Source of the DNA: Syntrophales bacterium
GTDB lineage: Bacteria; Desulfobacterota; Syntrophia; Syntrophales; UBA2210
Length of the DNA stretch: 64,000 nucleotides
Assembly (NCBI GenBank): GCA_023228425.1
Contig: JALOBE010000002.1
Coordinates: 83,113-147,112, forward strand
Reading direction: 5' to 3'
The position numbers were made by a program, and so were the translations under genes. Below are positions 58,919-64,000 of this stretch, in pieces (position 1 is the stretch's first letter; every line of letters starts with the position of its first letter). The notes under the pieces were generated by a model that was given only the letters and a program-made list of their open reading frames with translations, was not told where the DNA came from and ran no database searches.

Positions 58919-59217
58919 CCTTGATTAATGGGAAAAATTCTCCATTTATTAAAAATTAATAATTTTCCATCTATCTGCTATCTTCTTCTATACGTCCATC
59001 ATTTATGATGGACGCTTAGAATATCTTAAAATATTTTATTCTCCATCTTAATACTCTTATATATATCCTTGGTTTTTAATAGGGCAATCCTTGATTTTTA
59101 ATAGAACGATCCTTGATTTTTAATAGAACGATCCTTGATTTTTAATAGGGCAATCCTTGATTTTTAATAGACGAATATTCGTTCGAAAACTAAAGGGATT
59201 ACCCTTCGAAAACTAAA
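58919..59217. other. candidate replication origin: degenerate iteron, AT-rich tract with a 20-bp hairpin, 5 iterons, and a 2x13-bp repeat
   Basis: CCTTGATTAATGGG (58919-32). AT-rich 58933-59065 with TTCTCCAT twice and the palindrome GTCCATCAT-TT-ATGATGGAC (58994-59013). Iterons at 59066-59175. TTCGAAAACTAAA at 59182-94 and 59205-17. Confidence 0.7.
59066..59175. repeat. 5 tandem 22-bp iterons (TCCTTGATTTTTAATAG-NNCNA)
   Basis: Units begin at 59066, 59088, 59110, 59132 and 59154. The core TCCTTG(A/G)TTTTTAATAG is invariant and the last 5 nt vary. The exact 22-bp phase equals two helical turns. Confidence 0.92.
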
Positions 59218-59285
59218 CGGCTATTAAGGAGACCAAAGATAAGGATAACAAAAATGGGGATTTCCCATATATGGGTTTTCCCCTA

Positions 59286-60146
59286 TCATCTTATCCTCGG
59301 TTTCAGATAGACCTTGAACCATTTGTCAATTCTTTCCACGAGCCGGTATTTCTCCAATTGCTTCATTGGAGCTTTGATATTTGTTACGTTGACCCCTGCG
59401 TGTCGTCCCAATTCCGCAAGGGGTATTGTCACAACGTCCCATTTACGGGTACGGATATACTCGTCATGGGAAGTCATCCACTCAAACCCGTTGTCGGTTT
59501 CTACGTCACGGTAAAGTTCGTAGTCCTGAACAGCCACGCTCCGCATTGCCAGATATAGCGCCTTCGCCCGGGGTTTCAGTTTCGCCCATATCCCACTGTC
59601 GATAAGGCAAGCAAAAAATAAAAAGTAATCACCTTTCCAATGGGGGATCATATTCCTGCGGATAAATCCGGCCCGATAGAGGTAGAAATGGCGGGTGCCT
59701 TCTGATGTCATCTTCACTTCCAATAGGGGAACCGCTGTACCTTTCCCGTTCTCGTCTGTTGTTTTTAGTTTATACTCACCGTCGACAAGTTCTTTAATCC
59801 CCTTTTGAACAGTGCCCCCTCCGATCCCGGCCATCTTCCCGATGTTCTCTTGTGATATTTGGAACCAATCGTTATGCTCGAAATTTGCCTGTGAACACAT
59901 GACCGGATAAACGGCGATTGACGCTTTGCTCCATTGGTCCCCAAATAGACCGGGACCGAATATCTTTGGAAAGAAAAAATGTCTGTTCATATTCACCTCG
60001 GCCTTTGGAAACTCGAAGATAGTTGTCTTGTCATATTTCTCCGCGAACAATTCTTTTTGCTGTTGTCGCCGTTGCTCTTTTTGCTTCTTGGCCTCAAGTG
60101 CTACCTTGCCCCGAAATGGGGAGCTTCTTGACTGTTCCATGTCCAT
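59286..60146 (-). CDS. putative iteron-binding replication initiator (two winged-helix-like segments)
   Basis: It sits immediately upstream of the iteron array. Two HTH/wHTH-like segments are present: IGKMAGIGGGTVQKGIKELVD and LAELGRHAGVNVTNIKAPMKQLEKYRLVERI. The ORF track starts at a TTG (60176); the ATG at 60146 is preferred. No family confirmed. Confidence 0.6.
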   Translation of the reverse strand: MDMEQSRSSPFRGKVALEAKKQKEQRRQQQKELFAEKYDKTTIFEFPKAEVNMNRHFFFPKIFGPGLFGDQWSKASIAVYPVMCSQANFEHNDWFQISQENIGKMAGIGGGTVQKGIKELVDGEYKLKTTDENGKGTAVPLLEVKMTSEGTRHFYLYRAGFIRRNMIPHWKGDYFLFFACLIDSGIWAKLKPRAKALYLAMRSVAVQDYELYRDVETDNGFEWMTSHDEYIRTRKWDVVTIPLAELGRHAGVNVTNIKAPMKQLEKYRLVERIDKWFKVYLKPRIR

Positions 60147-60423
60147 TGACCTCGCTTTCCTTGATCGACCTCGCAAGTAAATAATGGCCGGGGGCTGGAC
60201 AAGTGCGAGGTCGTGACCTGTCTTTCGGGAGCTACCCTAGCCCCCAGCATGTCTTTACCAATATGGAAACTGATTAACATCATAATTTCACTATATTTAT
60301 ACGCCAAATTTTCCTAGCGTTCCCCTGTCGAAAGAATGCCTGGGGCAGGTCGGTTGGGGAAACCAACTTTTCGGTTGCAAGCCCAGCCCCCGGCAATAAA
60401 ACTATGTTTTTCAAGCTATGCGC

Positions 60424-60506
60424 CGTTTTAATGCCAAGGCATGTCTTTATATGGACTCCATTGAGTAAATCGATTCTAGACCCATAAACCCCCTCTCAAC
60501 TCCTTG
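60424..60506 (-). repeat. right arm of the 83-bp inverted repeat (contains motif copy C, TTGAGA-N15-TAGAAT reading leftward toward rep)
   Basis: Reverse complement of 58137-58219 with 1 mismatch (C at 60493 versus T in the left arm). Confidence 0.9.
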
Positions 60507-60709
60507 AAAAGGAGAAGGAAAAGGGACGTGCGGTCCGGCAAAAGGAGACGACAGGCGTGGGATGGATCATCCCCCCACCAAATACAAAACCCGGACCGCA
60601 CGTCCAGTAGCGGCAGGGAAAAATTCCCCGGCGTAGGAAGGAGGCGGCAGGGGAGAAAATTGACAAAACCCCACCATAACCCCGCCGGTTGAAAACCCTG
60701 CCGATTCAT

Positions 60710-61534
60710 TTACTGTACCTTTGCCCAGTTGAATTTTTCCACGTCGGCGGGCCAGCCCGGAAGATCCTCTTTCCGGATCACCCCGCCAGTAATGGGAGGC
60801 TTCATAGGGACGGGCAGACCTCGTTCTCGTGCGGCTTGTTGCGCCCGTGCAAGTCGTTCCGCTCGTTTCTTTTTCTGTTGCGCATGAAAGGTTGGAATTA
60901 CTTGTTCCCGGTAGTCGATGACATCCATCCCATGATATGGGCTTCGCTCGTCACGAATTCGGAGAACGCCTGAAGGATCGGGGCTGACCATCTGCCCATC
61001 TAATTCGGTGATTACTTTGTCCAGCCTTCCGGAATATGAATCCCCACGAGGACCGTATTGAAGGACCGCTTTGTCATCGGTCCTGCTTTCGGCTTCGATT
61101 TTTTGGGCGAGTAATTCTTCCAGCTTTTTGACCTCGTCTTTGAGAATATCCTGTTCTGCTTCCAGCTTCATCAATTCACTGTACATTTCATCATTCATCG
61201 TCGTCAGCGGGCGCATACCCCGGTTAATTCGGTGTTGATTGAGATGCTCAAATCTTTCGTTGAGTTCATCAATTTGCATCTTTTTTTTCAGCTGATGGCT
61301 TGGCGTGGCTGTTCCAAGCCTGTCCGTTTTGAACGTTCCATCAGCATCGCCCCGGTACTCTGACAGCAATTGTTCCAAGCCCCGGCGCGTGGTCATGCTG
61401 TGTAAGTGCCCGAAGTTCCACGCCGTGGATGATGCCCCACCGGGATTGAGGATAAAACTGGACTGTGCCAGTCGGTCAAATCTTCTGTCATATTCGGGGT
61501 TTATGCCTATTCTGTATCGTCTTCGTCCTGCCAT
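60710..61534 (-). CDS. hypothetical protein with central coiled-coil (274 aa)
   Basis: GAAGGAGGT Shine-Dalgarno. Heptad-rich middle region (MYSELMKLEAEQDILKDEVKKLEELLAQKIEAE). No family recognised. Confidence 0.75.
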   Translation of the reverse strand: MAGRRRYRIGINPEYDRRFDRLAQSSFILNPGGASSTAWNFGHLHSMTTRRGLEQLLSEYRGDADGTFKTDRLGTATPSHQLKKKMQIDELNERFEHLNQHRINRGMRPLTTMNDEMYSELMKLEAEQDILKDEVKKLEELLAQKIEAESRTDDKAVLQYGPRGDSYSGRLDKVITELDGQMVSPDPSGVLRIRDERSPYHGMDVIDYREQVIPTFHAQQKKKRAERLARAQQAARERGLPVPMKPPITGGVIRKEDLPGWPADVEKFNWAKVQ

Positions 61535-61547
61535 CTTCCTACCTCCT

Positions 61548-62288
61548 TCAATTCAAGCCGGTTGGCATCAAAACGTTTGGATTGTCATTGCTCGGTCGTT
61601 GGGGTTCTTGGTCTTTCCCGCCCATGCCGGTTGGTAACAGCAGATTGCGGCGATCGGCTTCTTCCCGAAGTGCCGCCTGACAAGGTGCTTTCTTTTCCTC
61701 TTCTTCCTCTGCGACTCGAACGCCCAGGGGGTACAAATGTTTTTCCATTCCTGCTCCTTCCTTTTGATAGTTCCCGATTCCTGTCCCGACGCAAGCCGGG
61801 TCTTGATCGGGCAGAAGTGCCAGATGGTCGGCCTGAACGATTTCTGTCACGATGGCCGAAAAGTAAGTGTCCTCCAGCCAACCTGAGACAAGAATATCCT
61901 CGGTAAAAACCCCAAGACTGACATTGCGGGCCCGTTGGCATAGCGATAAGTCCGCCGTGTTGATGGGGATTTCGATTGTCCCAATAACCCCCTTCCGCCG
62001 TTGGTCGTACTTCGTACCCACCAGAACGCCTCGGCTGAACTTCTGTTGAACCTGAGCGCTGTAGTTGATAGATACGAAATGCCCTTCCGAATTTTCTGGA
62101 TGTCGCATTGTAACCGGGATATTGCTGAAGTCCTTTGCATGACGTTCCAAAACTCCGATGGGCCACAATACAGGCCCATTGCTCCCTGCATGAATACCGG
62201 GAACCGCTAGCAAGACCGGAGCTGTCAACTTCCCGTTCTTGACTGTCCACGGCGCAACGGCGTTACAGTTTAGGTGTTTCAGTTTCAC
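61548..62288 (-). CDS. phage-type protein resembling DUF2213 (head scaffold/maturation-associated)
   Basis: The GTG start overlaps the XRE stop (GTGA), with an AAGGAGGA Shine-Dalgarno. PVTMRHP, NVSLGVF and IVQADHLALLPDQDPACVG match my recollection of DUF2213 motifs (..T..HP.., ElS.GY, NH(L/V)AL(V/L)..GR.G). The C-terminal tail is acidic and Pro-rich. Confidence 0.7.
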   Translation of the reverse strand: MKLKHLNCNAVAPWTVKNGKLTAPVLLAVPGIHAGSNGPVLWPIGVLERHAKDFSNIPVTMRHPENSEGHFVSINYSAQVQQKFSRGVLVGTKYDQRRKGVIGTIEIPINTADLSLCQRARNVSLGVFTEDILVSGWLEDTYFSAIVTEIVQADHLALLPDQDPACVGTGIGNYQKEGAGMEKHLYPLGVRVAEEEEEKKAPCQAALREEADRRNLLLPTGMGGKDQEPQRPSNDNPNVLMPTGLN

Positions 62289-62758
62289 TCGGATTCCTCC
62301 TTCGTTTTAGTCCACCGCCTTTCCAATATAGCGATGATTTTATCCTTCTCTTTCTCTGTAAAACCTTGCGTTGCCTCGTCAACTTGCTGAGCAATCTTTT
62401 CGATGCTGGGTCGGTCATACCCGGCAAGGACCAGAAGCTGAACAAAAGCCCCTTGCCGATACAGTCGAGCGACATGGACCAGAGCCGCATCAATGGGATA
62501 ACGCGCATCAAAAAGATTCTGGACAGCCTGCAACGTGACATTGGCAAGATCGGGGGGGGCGGCTTCCCATTCGATTTCGCCCACCGCATCAAGGACCTGT
62601 TCAATCTTCATCAGCGGAAGTAAATCGAGCAGACGGGTTTTGCCTTGTTCAAGCATAGATAAATTCGACTGCTGGAACCCTGTCTTTTCAGCAAGCTCCT
62701 GTTGGGTCATTCCGGCCCGTTTTCTTGCTTGCCTCATTGTCAATTTCCGCATCTTCAT
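62285..62758 (-). CDS. XRE-family HTH transcriptional regulator
   Basis: MRQARKRAGMTQQELAEKTGFQQSNLSMLEQGK is a classic Cro/C1-type HTH. It is the first gene at the right end of the element. Confidence 0.88.
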   Translation of the reverse strand: MKMRKLTMRQARKRAGMTQQELAEKTGFQQSNLSMLEQGKTRLLDLLPLMKIEQVLDAVGEIEWEAAPPDLANVTLQAVQNLFDARYPIDAALVHVARLYRQGAFVQLLVLAGYDRPSIEKIAQQVDEATQGFTEKEKDKIIAILERRWTKTKEESE

Positions 62759-63028
62759 TCCTCCGGTTCGTTATTATTATTTAATATATATTATTAACGA
62801 ACAAAAGTCTAGAAAAAAGTCATTTTCTGACGAATTATTTAGGTCTAATTTTATAACCTCAAAGAATCATTGATAATAATGAAATACAGAATTTATAAAA
62901 AGAATGGGTTTTTATATTTATAGCAAATACATGATTGTGAAAAATGCCCAATCAGAAACAACCGAATTAGCGCCCTAGAAACGCCGATCCGTTTCAGGCA
63001 GGTAAATATATGCCCCAGGTAAAGAAAA

Positions 63029-63060
63029 CCGTTTCTAGACAATAAAACCCCCTTTCAACG
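63029..63060 (-). repeat. motif copy D (minus strand TTGAAA-N15-TAGAAA)
   Basis: CCGTTTCTAGACAATAAAACCCCCTTTCAACG. It lies in the AT-rich 585-bp leader region upstream of the XRE gene. Further CTAG-containing fragments are at 62807, 62975 and 63283. Confidence 0.6.
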
Positions 63061-63316
63061 GTATGTTTTTGATAAAGATAAACGCTGATCCTTTGTCTAT
63101 ATTGTAGGGATTTTGACAGGTTCGTTTAAGTTGGGCTTGTGATTGTTTAGAAGTGGCGGATATTGCAGAGGATAAAAATTGCTGTCAGGTGGGTGGATTC
63201 TCCGGGGGCTTTGTATTATCTTTCTTCAATAGTGACAAACCCGCCTCCGATGATTGACCGGGGCGGGGCGTGGTGAAGGGGAAGGCCTAGACAGCGGCCT
63301 TGACCTTCCAATTGAC

Positions 63317-63362
63317 TATATAAGACCTATTTTCTTGCTTTCATCACTGTGAAGGTGCTGGT
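63317..63362. other. putative attR (element arm TATATAAGACCTATTTTCTTGCTTTCA | TC | host arm ACTGTGAAGGTGCTGG)
   Basis: The patatin frame acquires an element-encoded tail ...ESKKIGLI-stop left of 63343. The TC at 63344-45 matches the TC at 55307-08. Confidence 0.55.
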
Positions 63363-64000
63363 TCTCCTGCACCCGGAGGACCGTCTTTACGAGTGCCCCG
63401 GCAAAGTCCGAGAATTTCTTGATGGCCCGACCGGACGGAAGCTCGTCGTAGCGGTAAAGGGCGATTTCCTCCCTCGTGTCCAGACGCATGCCCAGGGTCT
63501 GCCGATTATACACATAGGGACTGCGACCGGGCCGGAGGGCGAGAAAGCGTTCGTTCTCCCGGGCGTAGTAGGACGTCTGCCTGGCCGCCGCCCCCTCATC
63601 CTCCATATCGATGTACCGTTGGCGGTCAAATAGTTTTACGGGATAATTGAGTACCATGCCGCCGTCCACATAGACATCGTTGCGTTCTCCCCGGCGGACG
63701 GCGGCGAAAAAGAGGGGGATGGACATGCTGATCCGCAGGGCGGTCGCCAGGGGCATGTCACCCTGTCGTTCCCGGGAGAATACTTCGGCATAGCCCGTGC
63801 TAAGATTGGTTCCTGTCACGTAAAGATCGGGACCACCCTGTTTCGCCAGGTCATCAAAGGTCGCCCGGGCGTTTCCCAGCCGGTCGGCAATGATCGAGCC
63901 GATCCAGGTGGAAAAGAAATCCCCTCTGTACCACCCGAATTCCCGGGCAAGTCGGCGGACATCGCGAATAACCCCGAAGGAATCGTCCATGAAGTTTTTG
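63346..64000 (-). pseudogene. 5' portion of the split patatin-like phospholipase gene (continues beyond the right window edge)
   Basis: The frame is open to nt 64000. Catalytic-Asp region VYVDGGMVLNYPV and MSIPLFFAAV are typical of patatin. The GxSxG nucleophile should lie off-window. Confidence 0.7.

Larger units (their letters stand above)
55309..63343 (-). mobile_element. ~8.0-kb integrated serine-recombinase element (candidate phage satellite / integrative mini-replicon) inside a patatin gene
   Basis: It is bounded by the two halves of one patatin ORF. It is AT-richer than the flanks. All 8 genes are on the minus strand with strong GAAGGAGG-type Shine-Dalgarno sequences. It carries a large serine recombinase at one end, an iteron origin, and internal repeats. 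Confidence 0.8.

Noticed and set aside
59066-59175. Tandem 22-bp repeats could be mistaken for a CRISPR array.
   Set aside because: The repeats are contiguous with no unique spacers and are only 22 bp long. No cas genes are present, and the array sits next to a Rep-like gene and an AT-rich tract, so it is an iteron array.
62760-63343. A possible divergent cro-like gene opposite the XRE regulator in the 585-bp AT-rich right-end region.
   Set aside because: There is no plus-strand ORF of 60 or more codons. The best candidate (ATG at 62904, 24 codons) lacks a Shine-Dalgarno. The region is better described as leader, promoter and att-proximal DNA with CTAG motif fragments.

Overview
This is a GC-rich chromosomal window from an anaerobe that looks like a deltaproteobacterium (Thermodesulfobacteriota-like). 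The guess rests only on gene content: a siroheme-dependent Ahb heme pathway, 2-oxoacid:ferredoxin oxidoreductase, ADP-forming acyl-CoA synthetase and FeoAB. About 55 kb is ordinary, densely packed core genome: beta-oxidation genes, polA, a 9-gene heme operon, prmA/rsmE, tRNA-Phe, an envelope cluster, fadD, a patatin, corA, feoAB, kor genes, gcvT-H-PA-PB plus lipA, cca and pdxS. The accessory part is at the right end. An AT-richer element of about 8.0 kb (55309-63343) sits inside a patatin-like phospholipase gene. Both junctions can be reconstructed by eye to a shared TC dinucleotide, and joining them restores one continuous patatin reading frame. The element carries a large serine recombinase whose ORF runs across attL, a second small serine recombinase, and an XRE regulator. 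It also carries a protein resembling a phage head-assembly protein (DUF2213-like from memory) and a Rep-like two-winged-helix protein followed by an iteron/AT-rich origin. An 83-bp near-perfect inverted repeat brackets the replicon module. Four copies of a promoter-like ~34-bp motif containing CTAG divide the element into cassettes. I read it as a candidate phage-satellite or integrative mini-replicon, possibly a gene-splitting switch. Every family assignment is from motif recognition by eye and needs HMM or BLAST confirmation. Secondary curiosities are a cytochrome b-Fe-SOD fused ORF next to a Tat-exported Fe-S protein, and a MerR-HTH/PAS-like/class III cyclase whose promoter spacer holds a perfect 15-bp palindrome.
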